From: Octopus vulgaris
Lineage: Eukaryota
Assembly (NCBI GenBank): GCA_951406725.2
Contig: OX597834.1
Location: forward strand, 33,604,001 to 33,668,000
Direction of reading: 5' to 3'
Length of the DNA stretch: 64,000 nt
The notes beneath the pieces are model-generated. The model was not told the DNA's origin. It worked only from the letters and a program-made list of their open reading frames with translations, and made no database searches. Positions 1 to 13,732 of this stretch are shown in pieces; the first letter of the stretch is position 1, and each line of letters starts with the position of its first letter. Position numbers and translations under genes: made by a program.

Positions 1-876
1 ATCAATTTCATTAAGTGTTTTCATTAAATTTCTTTAAATATTTCTTAATAAAAAGCAGTAATGACACAAAAGAAAGAAGTAATTATTGTTTTTAAATCAA
101 TAAATTTTTTATTAATTCATCATCAATATCATCAATTAATGTCCATTTTCTATCCTAGCATAAGGTTGGTAGTTTGACAAGAGCTGCACCAGGCTCCAAT
201 TGTCTGTTTTGGCAAGGTTTCTGTGGCTGGATGCCTTTGCTAATGCCAACCAGTTTACAGCGTGTACTGTGTGCTTTTTATGTAGCACTAGCACAGGCGT
301 GTTTTATGTGGCACCAGCATGGTGGCTTTGTATGTGATACTGGCACAGGTGCTTTTAAGTGGTATCAGCACCAGTGGGGTCACTTAGTAGTTTGCGAGAC
401 AAAGACCTTTCAGCTGAGAGAGGGGTTGGAATTGAGAGAAGTGACTGTGCGCCAGGCGAGAGGTCAGAGTATGATAGAGGGACAGAAATAGGTGTCTTAT
501 TGTAGAGGAGATACTTGGCTACCCGAGTAGGACAAGGGAAGAAAGGAAGGTGGGAGACAATTAAATAGGATGGGAAATAGTGAAAGGTAGAAGGCCTACT
601 CACAGGGAATAGTGGGGGTGGGGAAATATAAGTTGTAGAGGGGATAGGGGAAGATGTTCCAAAAGTGTGAGGGGATTCTGTCTTGGCATGGTTTTTATGA
701 CTGGATGCCCTTCCTAATGCAAACTGCTTTACAGTGTGGAGTGGAGTGCTTTAAATGAATATATGCACACACTTGGTTGTGTGAGTCTACAAATGCATAT
801 ATGTAAAAAGTAATACTGTACACATTGACACATACACCTAAGCACATAAGAGACATGTTCACACTGAACATAAATT

Positions 877-1246
877 ACTCTTTTACTTGTTTCAGTCATT
901 TGACTGCGGCCATGCTGGTGCACCGCCTTTAATCGAGCAACTCGAACCCTGGACTTATTCTTTTGTAAGCCCAGTACTTATTCTATCGGTCTCTTTTGCC
1001 GAACCGCTAAGTAACGGGGACATAAACACACCAGCATCGGTTGTCAAGCAATGCTAGGGACACACACACACACATATATATATATACATATATACGACGG
1101 GCTTCTTTCAGTTTCCGTCTACCAAATCCCCTGACAAGGCTTTGGTCGGCCCGAGGCTATAGTAGAAGACACTTGCCCAAGGTGCCACGCAGTGGAACTG
1201 AACCCGGAATCATGTGGTTGGTAAACAAGCTACTTACCACACAGCC
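877..1246 (-). mobile_element. tRNA-derived SINE family A (representative copy)
   Basis: Head gtggctgtgtggtaag...ccgggttcagttcc (A/B-box-like), CORE-like ccttgggcaagtgtctt, tail ...atgactgaaacaagtaaaagag. Further full or partial copies at about 5210-6000, 6415-6830, 11735-12170, 28570-28680, 31940-32140, 42395-42565, 44165-44670, 47830-48165, 52545-52962, 59588-59965 and 60760-61230. Confidence 0.85.
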
Positions 1247-1699
1247 ACATACATCTATATGTGTACATGCACACACCAAATCGACCACATACAAACCCAG
1301 GGAACTCTTTTTAACTTGAAAAGTCTTGTCACTTGGTCCAGTTTTGAATTCCATTAAGAGAAGCCGAAACAAATCCCAAAGAAAAACATTCATACACACA
1401 TATCATAAACACAAACATCACACATACGTTACACATTCACACACATCACATCATACACACACACACGAATATCCAGATGTAAATCATCTGATAACATTGG
1501 ATGAGCCTCTCTGTATATGGTCGTTCAAAGTACCAGAAACAACAGCCAAATCTCTTTCAAAGCAAACCTTCCATTGGGGTGTCAGAAGCACCCATCTCCA
1601 ATCGATCTGGATGAATCCTCAAGCGAGACTAATGGTACTCGTGGATGTTATCCAACCATCTTATTTGCAGTGTACTCGTATTTCTCCCTAACTTTGTTA

Positions 1700-4260
1700 A
1701 GAGTAACATACATTTTTGATGAATTTTTTTCAGAGATACGTTTCCGAGGGCATAGATTACAATTAGGCGTAACCTACACGACTATGCCATCTCACCCCAT
1801 TTTGTTTTTGATCCTTTCAACCGCACGATTTTCACTAAGAAAAAAAAAAACAAAAACATTCGGATATTTTGCGTGGAATCAAGTACCCTGCGCCCGTATT
1901 TTCTCTCTCTCTCTCTCTTTTACATTTAATCCTGATATAATCTAATCCCAATGGGATTGGAAAAGATCCCTACATTGTATTTGTTGAAAATTTCATTAAA
2001 AATTATCCATTTTTCTGAAAGTTATGAGAAAACGAAGCTGACTCCTGTGAATTTTCCGAAATACCAGTCTCCTTGGAAAAAAATTTGTTCATAATAAATT
2101 CTGTATGTGATGAAATTTGAAAAAAAAAACAACTTTGGAGGGATTTCAGGGCATTACCAACCACCTCCCAGTTTTTCATTATATTTCTCTCCTGAAGTAT
2201 TTACCGGCATAATAATTGAATGAAATATGTTAATCACTAAGTAAGTTAAGGTGTTAGCATTTCACTCACCTTTCCAAAGAGATATTTTCAGTGAATTTTC
2301 CTCAGCAAAATAAGAAGGAAAATAACACAGGATTTCAGCGCAAACATAAAAAAAGTTATGGTTGTCCCTTTATTTCCGTGAGAGAGGGCGGAATTATCCG
2401 AAACTTCTTCTAGGCATTTTAAAAAGCTTTTTCAAATTTTATTATGATAATCATAATCTAACTCCTCGAAAACGAATTTCTGGAAAATTTCATTAAAAAT
2501 TATCTATTTTTCTGAAAGTTATGAGAAAACAAAGCTGTCTCCTGTGAATTTTCCGAAACACCAGTCTCCACCCTTGGAAAAAAATTTGTTCTTAACAAAT
2601 TCTGGTATAATTTGAATCTACATCATCTGGAGCATATTTGTAGAAAATTTCATTAAACAATAGCCATTTTTTTTTTTTGAAAGTTATGAGAAAACAAAAG
2701 GTAAAATTTGATCCTTTCACCCGCACGATTTTCACCAAGAAAAAAAAAAAAAGGAGAAAACTGGGATTTTTTGCGTGGACTCAAATACCTTAACCTGTGT
2801 TTATAGGGAGAAAAATATTGAAAGCCATCAATACATGTCAGAATGGTAAAGAAATGACGAAGATATTAAATGGTCGTGAGATGTGCTAAAAATAACAGCT
2901 AAATCGCCCTGAAATCAAATACAGAAACTTTTTTTGATTATCATGTGAATGAATTCCTGTGTGTAGAACACAAATTCGCAAAACTTTCCAGAAAACTCCC
3001 CCAAAATATAGCTATGAAGGGTTTAAACCAGAATTCCGCCGATAAAAATTTTTCATGAAAAAATATTCATTTTTCTGCAAGTTAAGAGAAAACAAAATCG
3101 ATGGGGCACAATTGCGTAGGTTTGCCTGGTTTGAGGGCACAGAATATGATCGTTGGGATGAAATTTGGAAAAAACAACTTTGGCGGGATTTCAGGCCATT
3201 ACCAACCACCTCCCAGTTTTTCATTATATTTCTCTCATGAAGTATTTACCAGCATAATAATTGAATGAAATATGTTAATCACTAAGTAAGTTAAGGTGTT
3301 AGCATTTCACTCACCTTTCCACAGGGATATTTTCAGTGAATTTTCCTCAGCAAAATAAGAAGGAAAACAACAGAAGATTTCAGCTCAAACATAAGAAAAG
3401 TTATGGTTGTCCCTTTATTTCCGTGAGGGAGGGCGGAATTATCCGAAACTTCTTCTAGGCATTTTTAAAAGCTTTTTTCAAATTTTATTATGATAATCAT
3501 AATCTACATCCTTGAAAACGAATTTCTGGAGAATTTCATTAAAAAATATGCATTTAACAACGTTTGGTGAGAGATTGGGTCGCGGGTGAAAGGACGATCT
3601 TTAAAAAAACAAAATGCTTGTAATTTTCGGTTTTTTTTTGTATTTTCTTTGCAAGATTATTTATGTGGATTTGTGTTGTGTCTGAGGAGAGTCGTACTGC
3701 CTTAATTAATTCTTTACTCATTATTTATATTTTTTCTTCCAAAATTTTCGTTGGTTTTGCAACTTTGTCAATGGATGTTAATTTTATCAGTTATTGGAGC
3801 TCCAGTAGCGGACAGTTAACATCCATTGACGAGGTTGCATCCAATAACTGGCAGATTCAACATCCACTGACAAAGTTGCAAAAGCAACGAAAATTTTGGA
3901 GGAAAAAAAAAACTATAAATAATAAATGTGTGGAAATTGAACTCAAACCAGGCAAGCCTACGCAATTGTACCCCATCGATTTTGTCTCCTTATAACTTGC
4001 AGGAAAATGAATATTTTTTAATGAAAAATTTTTAACGGCGGAATTCTGGTTTAAACCCCTCATAGCTATATTTTGGGGAGTTTTCTGAAATTTTTTGCGA
4101 ATTTGTGTTCTACACACAGGAATTCATTCACATGATAATCAAAAAATTGAACTCTTGTGAAAAAAATTTCGCGGCGCGGGAACGAAATTTGCTTTGGGGA
4201 TGCAAACTCAGGTCCCAAATGTTTTTTCAAATAAGGCTGATTTTTTTTTTCAGTCTTAGT
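1700..4260. repeat. Complex repeat with long direct and inverted duplications (probable decayed DNA-transposon termini)
   Basis: A ~390-bp direct repeat (about 2125-2515 vs 3160-3550), a ~200-bp inverted repeat (2931-3135 vs 3942-4146), and repeated gaaaatttcattaaaaattatccatttttctgaaagttatgag modules. Confidence 0.7.
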
Positions 4261-4614
4261 ATCAAAACAAACACAGATACAATTATAGTTTTTATTATTA
4301 TGCATGGAAAAAATAATGTTTCAAATCACTCCAAACATTTTTCTATACTTGTTCGTTTTGGCGATGAAGTTTCACAAGAGTATGTCCACAAGAGTATGTT
4401 TTCATTGCACGCGCTTTAATGTTACATGTAGAGTGTCAGACGACGTTGCGTCATTATAGTACGGAGTCAGGTTTTCAAACAGCGAAGTGTGCTGAACACT
4501 TCCTGATTTGATGCAACAGACACAGACTTGCAATATAATGACATTTTCATTACAAAGGCTGGCCCATAGCGCTTTCAGAAGAATGGTGATTTGGTGAACA
4601 AAGTTCAATGTGTG

Positions 4615-5026
4615 GCGATCTTTCGTCTCTAGTAGACCTTTCCGTCGATTTCCGTAAAAAATTTTTTTTTTACATATGGGCTTGCGGGAACTTTTGAAGT
4701 AATATACATACATATACACATACACCGAGTAAAAAATTTCAGTTATCTCTCTCTTTCACACATTACTCTGTCTCTAACAGAAGCACTTCACTTACACAAC
4801 ATACTGTCTGTCTCCCACACCCCATGAAACACACACACACACACACACACATGTACATCAATGCTTCCCATGCACGGTAACTTCAAAAGAACTTCCCTCG
4901 TCATACAATCGCTTTCTCTTAGTCTCTTTCGCTCTCATTACTTCAAAAGTTCCCGCAAGCCCATATGTAAAAAAAAATTTTTTTACGGAAATCGACGGAA
5001 AGGTCTACTAGAGACGAAAGATTGCC
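4615..5026. repeat. Element with ~85-bp near-perfect terminal inverted repeats
   Basis: 4618-4703 (atctttcgtctctagtagacc...gaagtaat) is the reverse complement of 4937-5022. Confidence 0.85.
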
Positions 5027-5312
5027 TGATAATCTGTAAATTAATATGTTACCATTATTCAATAGCCAAGATATAGATCCACAACACAATCTCTTCGGTT
5101 GTCAAGCGATGTTGGGGGAAAAACATAAATTTCCTCTATTTACATAATATTGAGGTCTCTTTCTTTCTTTTGTTATCTTACCGTTTTTACCAATAAATAT
5201 ATATATATACTCTTTTAAGGCTAGTAGTTATGGGGATGTAAGCACACCAGCATCGGCTGTCAAGCGATGTTGGGGGGAAAAACATAAACACACAAACACA
5301 TATATATACATA

Positions 5313-5829
5313 CTAGCAGTATCGCCCGGCGTTGCTCGGGTTTGTAAGGGAAATAACTATATAAGCATTTTTAGAGAGTTACTTCCCTTATAGATGCCAA
5401 TTCGAGCTTCCTTAGCCATTTCTGTTTTGGTGTCTTCAAGCCATGAAGTCGTTGTTCTAAAAGAACGCTGGTCTCCTTGACAACGCATTACGACGTTGAT
5501 TTCTTTACACTCCCTTCCCCACAGCTTCACGAGGGAGGGAAGAAGGGGGAGAAGCAAACACAGGTGCAGGTGTTTGAGCGTGGACGCCAACTCCGCCGCC
5601 ATCGACACACGAAAAATTATGCATTAAAATGGAATAAAAAATGATGTTAAATTATTTTTAAAATCGTAGACTCATCGTAGACGCGCGCTAATAGCCAGAC
5701 GGGCTCGATATTAATCAGGACTATAAGATACCCGAATTTGGTTAAACTGCACCGCAAAATGTGGGAGGAGTTAGGAATCTAAATCGTAGGAGACAGACAC
5801 TCACACAACTACAGTTTTATATATATAGA
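5313..5829 (-). mobile_element. Non-autonomous Helitron-like element inserted in a SINE
   Basis: On the minus strand it starts TC (atctatatatataaaa) and ends with a GC hairpin (cccgagcaacgccggg) about 8 nt before CTAG. It sits between A and T with no TSD. SINE halves continue on both sides. Confidence 0.8.
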
Positions 5830-7319
5830 TATATGACAGACTTCTTTCAGTTTCTGTTTACCACATCCACTCACAAGGCTTTGGTCAGCCCGAGGCTATA
5901 GTAGAAGACACTTGCCTAAGGTGCCATGCAGTGGGACTGAACCCGGAACCATATGGTTGGTAAGCAAGCTACATATCACACAGCCGCTCCTGCGCCTATA
6001 TATTAAAGTAATAATGATAATGTCTAGTCATAGAGTGACCAATTGTTTTGCATCCTCGAAGGCTGTAGACGATTCACCAAACTTTAGTCCGAAGACAAAA
6101 TTAACTCTTCACCTCTGCTTTGATGTTTCAAATTCAGTCTGGTATTAAGTACACCTCCATGGATAGAACTGAAGCAAATCAAAACAGTTAAAAAACGTAA
6201 AATTACAAAAGAAAATATTTCATGTATGTATATATACATATATATATACATGCAAAAGGCTGGGAGGTATCTGATGCTGTAGCTAGCTGCTGCTGCCGAG
6301 ACAAACTTTTGTTTCTCTGACATTTCTTGTATTTTTAATACACCAAATCTATTATAGATGTTACTTCAGGCTAAATACCGCAGTATCTAGTCTATATATA
6401 TATATATATATGTATATTCTTGTATTTGTTTGACATGTGACTGCAGCCATGCTGGAGCAGTGCTTTTAGTCCAACAAATTGACCCCAGGACTTTTTCTTT
6501 GTAAGCCTAGTACTCATCCTATTGGTCTCTTTTGCTGAACTGCTAAGTTACAAGGACGTAAACACTCTAACATCGTTTGTCAAGCTATGGTGGGGGGAGG
6601 GGGGGGCGAACACAGACACACAAGCATACACACGCACTCACACACACACGCACATATATATATATATACGATGGGCTTCTTTCAGTTTCCATCTACCAAA
6701 TCCACTTACAAGGCTTTGATCGGTCCGAGACTATAGTAGAAGACACTTGCCCAAGGTGCCATGCAGTGGGACTGAACCCGGAACCATGTGGTTGGTAAGC
6801 AAGCTACTTACCACACAACCATTCTTATGCTTACGTATATGTATATATTAATTTTAATCGCAATACTTTCAGCAAGCAATATTGCATGCTGTTTGGCTGA
6901 TGTGATGTAATAAAACAGAAACATTTCAAAGTTATCTCCCTTTTTTTAATCTATCAAAAACTAATGTTTACCAACTCCTGATGCATTTCACCTCCAAGGC
7001 TAAGGTCAAGTCAGACAAAATTAGAGTCTCACACATTTAATAATCTTTTGTCTTTCAATTTTAATTGTGTGGTGTCTTTTTCTTCTTTTTTGCTTTTATT
7101 AGTGTGTGGAGGGTGGGGTAGAGAATGCTTCTAGAATTTTCTTTGTTACTGAGATTTCTTTTGTATTCTCTGTGGCTTTTTGCAGTGATTTCTCCCCCTC
7201 CCATGAGAGAGAGACCATGCCTACTGCTGTCCTCCTCCTCGTCCCCCTCCTGCATATCACCGTCATCATCATCATCACAATCATCTTCATCCTCCACCTT
7301 TAGTTCTCTTCCTCTCTGC

Positions 7320-7860
7320 TCACCATCATTATCACCAGCACCACCACTAACATCATTGCTATCACCTGTAGCAGCACCAATACCACCACCACTACCACCA
7401 CCACCACCACCAATACCTCAACTACCACCACTCACTACCACTACCAATACCACCACCACTGCTATAACACCACCAATACCACCACCATCACCATCTCCAC
7501 CACCAATACCTCCACTACCATCACTACCACCACCAATACCACCACCACCACCACCATCTCCACCACCAATACCTCCACTACCATCACTACCACCACCACC
7601 ATCTCCACCACCAATACCTCCACTACCATCACTACCACCACCACTATCTCCACCACCAATACCTCAACTACCATCACTACCACTACCACTACCAATACCA
7701 CCACCACTGCTATAATACCACCATCACCACCAATACCCACACCACCAATACCTCCACTACCATCACTACCACCACCAATACCACCAATACCTCCACTACC
7801 ACCATCACCAACCAATGCCACCACCACCAATGCCACTACCACTATCATCACCATCATCAT
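7320..7860 (+). repeat. (CCA)n-derived minisatellite
   Basis: Repeated ccaccaccaatacctccactaccatcacta units. Confidence 0.9.
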
Positions 7861-7981
7861 CTTCCCAGAATTATTCACTTGAACAATCTTAAGCTGTTAT
7901 GTTCTAAGTGGTTTTTCTATTGTCACATGTTAATACTTCCAATGTGTGTGCGTATATTTGCATGTATATATATATCTATAC

Positions 7982-8047
<66 letters not shown>

Positions 8048-8227
8048 AAGTATAAGAAATTGAATGGGTGGCTTCTTAGCAATTTGAACCAAAAGCAAAT
8101 TTAATAGAGGTCACAAGAGTGACAGAGGGTACTTACCAGCACTTTGAGTAGTTGTAACTCTTATTTCTAGCAATAGCTGGTGCTGGTCAGTACCCTATGT
8201 CACTTTTGTGGCCTCCATTACATATAC

Positions 8228-8289
<62 letters not shown>

Positions 8290-8991
8290 TCATCATCATC
8301 GTTTAACATCCGCTTTCCATGCTGGGATGGGTTGGACAATTTGTCTGAGGACTGGCGAACCAGATGGCAGCACCAGGCTCCAATCTGATTCGGCAGAGTT
8401 TCTACAACTTGATGCCCTTCCTAATGCCAACCACTCCAAGAGTGTAGTGGGTGCTTTTATGTGTCACCAGCAAGAGGGCCAGTCAGGCGGTACTGACAAC
8501 TGCCACGCTCAAATGGTGTTTTTTTACATGCCACCTGTACAGGAACCAGTCCAGCGGTACTAGCAATGACCTCGCTCGAATATTTTTCACGTGCCACTAA
8601 GGTGATGCTGGTAACGATCATGCTTGAATGGTGCTTTTTACATGCCACCGGCACAGAAGCCAGCTAGCTGCTCTGGCAAGAATCATGCTCAGATGGTGCT
8701 CTTAGCGCTCCACTAGCACGGATGCCAATCATGTAGCGCTGTCATCGAATTTGATTTCGATCTATCTATCCATCCATCTATTTATCTATCTATCTATCTA
8801 TCTATATATATATATATATATATATGTAATGTGTATATATATGTATATATATATATAAATACACACACACACAAATAAATACAGGCATAAACATACTCAC
8901 GCATATCTAAATATGTTTATGCATTTATATGTATGTGTATATATATGTATATATGTTTATACATAGATATGTATGTACATGTATATGTATG

Positions 8992-9023
<32 letters not shown>

Positions 9024-9429
9024 CATACATACATATATATATACATCTGTGTCTGTATGTATGTTTTATATAGGTGTGTGTGTGTATGTATGTATATATA
9101 TATATTTATTCATGCTATCATGTAGATGGTTGTATGTGTATACATACATACATATGAATACAAGCACACACGCCTGTAACCCAGCAAAATAAGTTATATG
9201 TAATCACAGTAAGGAGGTGTTTTAGGAGGGAGCTAAGAACTGTCAGATGTTGGTCAGGTGGTACTAAATGACAGCTGTGGCTATCAGTCATTGTTAGTGA
9301 GGTAATTATAAAGGAGTTAGGTTGGGGGCAAGTAAGGGACGTGTGTGTGTGTGTGTAGGGGGGTGGCAGGGATGGGTTGAGAGGAGGAAGGGATGAAAGT
9401 GATAGGTTAAGAGATAGAATAATATAGTG

Positions 9430-9463
<34 letters not shown>

Positions 9464-9581
9464 GAAAGTAAATGAGAATCAGCTACAGGAGTAGTTATCT
9501 AATTGGATAGTTGGAGAGATAGATAAATACACACAGACACACACACATATGTGTATATAGATAGATACACATATTTATGTG

Positions 9582-9620
<39 letters not shown>

Positions 9621-9661
9621 AAATGTGCATGTGTGTATATATATATATTTATATGTATGTG

Positions 9662-9711
<50 letters not shown>

Positions 9712-9819
9712 ATATACATGCACACGTACACACATATATGCAGAGAGAGAGACGGACTGATAGATATGTATGTATTATGTATATACCTATCTATTAATCT
9801 ATCAATTTATATATGTATG

Positions 9820-9867
<48 letters not shown>

Positions 9868-9870
<3 letters not shown>

Positions 9871-10204
9871 CCAGCCTCATCTGGCACCTGTGTCGGTGGC
9901 ACATAAAAACACCATCCGAGCGTGGCCGTCTGCCAGCCTCGTCTGGCACCTGTGTCGGTGGCACATAAAAAACACCATCCGAGCATGGCCGTTTGCCAGC
10001 CTCGTCTGGCACCTGTGTTGGTGGCACATAAAATCACCCACTTCACTCTCGGAGTGGTTGGCGTTAGGAAGGGCATCCAGCTGTAGAAACACTGCCAGAT
10101 CTGACTGGACTGGTGCAGCTTTCGGGCTCCCCAGACCCCAGTTGAACCGTCCAACCCATGCTAGCATGGAAAGCGGATGTTAAATGATGATGATGATGAT
10201 GATG

Positions 10205-10205
<1 letters not shown>
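9868..10205 (+). mobile_element. SINE family C with (GAT)n tail and internal ~62-bp tandem units
   Basis: gagtggttggcgttaggaagggcatccagctgtagaaa...ccaacccatgctagcatggaaagcggatgttaaa(tga)n. Copies at about 130-340, 8290-8760, 10290-10560, 15390-15635, 21275-21420, 28900-29060 and 34210-34365. Confidence 0.8.
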
Positions 10206-10235
<30 letters not shown>

Positions 10236-10558
10236 GATAGATAGATAGACATACAGACAGATAGATAGATAGATAGATAGATAGAAAGATAGAGCCTGAC
10301 TGGCTCCTGTGCCGGTGGCACATAAAAAGCACCATTTGAGTATGGTCGATGCCAGTTCTGCCTGACTGGCTCCTCTACTGGTAATGTACAAAGCACCCAC
10401 TACACTCTTGGAGTGGTTGGCGTTAGGAAGGGCATCCAGCTGTAGAAGCCTTGCCTTATCAGATTTGAACCTGGTGCAGCCTCCCGGCTTGCCAGTCCTT
10501 AGTCAAACTGTCCAACCCATGACAGCATAGAAAGCAGACATTAAATGAAGATGATGAT

Positions 10559-10600
<42 letters not shown>

Positions 10601-10784
10601 CCCAATGACATGTGTGTAGGTATTTTCATTATTTCTAAAGCAATTTTCCTCTTTTAAGTTTTTTGTTTTGTTTGTTTGCTTGTCTTTTCCTTCTGGTTGT
10701 CATTAAAGAATATGGTTCATAGATGGCAATGTCTTCAACAGATGAAGGTACTATAAGGCATGACAGGAGGGCAGATGATGTGAA

Positions 10785-11415
10785 CACTGAGGTGGAGGTG
10801 GTGGTGGTGGTGGCACTGGGAGTGGTGGGGGTGATGTTGTTTGTGGTGGTGGTGGTGGTTACAAATGGTGGAGTAGTGGTGGTGATGGTGGTGTTGGTAG
10901 GGCCTGGTGATGTGTGTTAGTTGTGGTGGTAGTGGTGGTTGTGGTGTTGGTAGTAGTTGTGATAGTTGTGGTGGGGGTGATGGTGGTATAGGTGGTAGTT
11001 GTAGATGGCGCCGGTGGAGATTGTAGAGGTAGCAGCAGTGTCAGTGGCTGTGGTGGTGTTGATGGTTGTGATATTCATGTTGGGTGGGCTGGTGGTGGAT
11101 GTTGTGGTGGTGGTTGTTGTGGTGATGGTGTTTGTGGTGGTGCTGGAGTAGGTGATAGCTGCAGTGATGGTAGTAGTGGTGGAATGGTTGCAATTGTGAT
11201 GGCGATGGTGCTGTTAGTAACCATGATAGCAGTGGCGATGGTGTTGCTAGTAGTTGTGGTGATGATGGTGGTGGTGATGGTTGTGGTAGTGGTGGTTGTG
11301 GTAGGTCATGGTGGTAGTGGTAGCTGTGGTTGTGGTAGCTGTGGTTGTAGTAGTATTGGTAGTGGTGGTAGTTTTGTTGGTAGTAGTGGTGGTGGTGATG
11401 GTAGCAGTGGTGTGA
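10785..11415 (+). repeat. Degenerate (TGG)n low-complexity tract
   Basis: GGT/GTG triplet tract. Confidence 0.85.
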
Positions 11416-13104
11416 GAAATAGTAGAAAGAAACCCCAAACCACCTCAAAAAAAAACGTGTGATGTAGCAGGGATGATATCAATTATATGTGTTTCTGCAA
11501 ATGAGAAGAGGAAATGAAAACATCACACCCAGTGCTCCACCACCCTGCTTGGAACTCTATACCCTGCTCCACCACCCAACCCCAAACTCCCAACCACACA
11601 CTGTTGTACCATCAAGCCCCCCCCCCTCCACAAGACCTTGCAAATAAATATGCTCTGTCATTTGGTTAAAATGGGAAAAAAATAAAATTTGTTAAAGATG
11701 TTGGGAAAAAAAAAACCCAAAACAAAAAGAAACGAGATGGCTGTGTGGTTAAGTAGTTTGCTTTGCAACCATATGGTCTTGAGTTCAGTTCCACACCAAG
11801 GAACCTTGGGCAAGTGTCTTCTACTATAGCTCCAGGTTGAACAATGCCTTGTAAATGAATCTGGTAGGTGGAAACCAAGTAGAATCCTGTTAAATGTATA
11901 AATGTATTATACATGTGCATAATTGTATGTGTAATGTGTATGTGTATGTTTTTGTGTTTATGTTATATTTGTTACTCCCACTACCATTAACTGGGGTTGG
12001 TTTGTTTACATCTCAGCAGTAATATAGTAGTTCAGCAAAAGCAACCTACAAAACAGGCACCACACTTAAAAATAACTCCTGGGGTCAATTCATTCAATTA
12101 AAAATTCTTCAGGGTGGTGCCCCAGCATGGCCGCAGCATAATGACTGAAACGAGTAAAAGATAAAAGGTAAAAAATAAAAGATATGCTGCAGTAGTTACT
12201 GGAAGTATGAAAGCAATAGCTGTGTTGTTAAGAAGTTTTCTGAGCAACCACATGTTTTTGGATTAAGTTCTGCAGTACACACCTTGAGCAGGTGCCTTCA
12301 GCTGCTGATCCAGGCTTAAACTATGCTTTGTGAGATAATTATGTTGAAACTACATGAAAATCCATGAAGTTGTTAGATTTTATATGCACTGAAACTACAT
12401 TGATTCTGAGCCCTAAGCTGATGAGGGTTGTTTGATATCAAACTGTTCTCATCTGTTAATCATTCCTGCATCAGCTCACTTTGATTTTCACTCAGTGTGT
12501 GTGAGTGTATGTGTGAGTTCACATATGTACATATGTGGGTGTATACTTTTTTGACAACCTGCGTTGGTTTGTTAGTGTTTCCATAACTTAGCAGTTTGAC
12601 AAGAATGAACCAATAAAATAATTCATTGGGGTGGGGGGTGTTTAACTGTCATTATCCATGTCGTTATTTCAATAGTATATGGAAAGCTCAATTGAATGAT
12701 GATTGCTGCTACTTTCGTAGAAGCATTCTGTCTCTTGATCAGCTGACTCATTAGCTAGCTGTGTGGCATCGGTCAGCTGGATCTTGGCTGACCTGGGGCT
12801 AAAAAATAAATCAACAATAACAACTGTAACAACAGCAGCAGTTTGATGATGATGTAAGAAGATGCAAACTGCAAGATAAAGAAAAACAACAACAACAACA
12901 ACAACACCAACAAAGGTAACACAGAAATATAATTTAGCAGAGAAGCTTAATGTGTTTCTTTGAATAATTTCATGATTTATTGTTATAAATTAATGAATAA
13001 TAATAACAATAATAATGATAATAATAATGAGGATTATGATGATGATGACGATGATGATTATATTGATGGTGGTGATGCTGCTGCTGCAGATAATAATAAT
13101 AGTG

Positions 13105-13145
<41 letters not shown>

Positions 13146-13410
13146 AATAATGATGATGATGATCCTTTCTACTGGAAGCACAAGGCCTTAAATTTGGGGG
13201 AAGGGATTAAGTCGATTACATGAGCCCCAGTGTGTAACTGGTACTGATTTTATCAACTCTGAAAGGATGAAAGTCGACCTCAGCAGAATTTGAACTCAGA
13301 ATATAGCTGCAGATGAAATATCACTAAGCATTTCGCCCAGCATGCTAATGATTCTGCTAGTTTGCCACCTTAATAACAATAATAATAATAATAATAATAA
13401 TAATAGTAAT

Positions 13411-13691
13411 GACAGGTTAGCTTGGGAGATTAAGCAGTTGTGGCTGATGAAAAAGGTGGTAGTAGTACCAATAATTGTCAAAGCCCTGGGAACAGTGAGT
13501 AAAAATCTTGAGAAGTACATGTAGAGTCAAGGGGCTGCAATAAGGGTGAAGCACTTGCAGAAAACAGCACTACTTGGAACTGCTCAAATACTCCAGATGG
13601 TGCTCGAAAAATAAGGGGTGTTACCTTAGTTCACTGGTAGTGAATGGCTGGCACCATAGTACATCTCCAGTGTTAGAAGCTGTGCAAAGGC
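13411..13691 (+). mobile_element. 5'-truncated R4/Dong-like (RLE-endonuclease) non-LTR retrotransposon tail inserted in (TAA)n
   Basis: In-frame DRLAWEIKQLWLMKKVVVVPIIVKALGTVSKNLEKYM*..LQKTALLGTAQILQMVLEK*, typical of an RLE C-terminus. Short 3' UTR, flanked on both sides by (TAA)n. Confidence 0.75.

Positions 13692-13732
<41 letters not shown>

Noticed and set aside
6310-6372. Minus-strand CTGAAGT...GAAATGTC hammerhead-like motif
   Set aside because: Core mismatched and stems unconvincing.
7125-7715. Proline-rich formin/extensin-like ORF
   Set aside because: Open only because of the CCA minisatellite; no true ATG context, splice signals or flanking domain.
10992-11462. Gly/Cys-rich or His-rich ORFs
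   Set aside because: Degenerate TGG repeat that is open in several frames on both strands.
12415-12478. CTGATGA followed by a hairpin
   Set aside because: No GAAA box in a compatible position; only a small imperfect hairpin.
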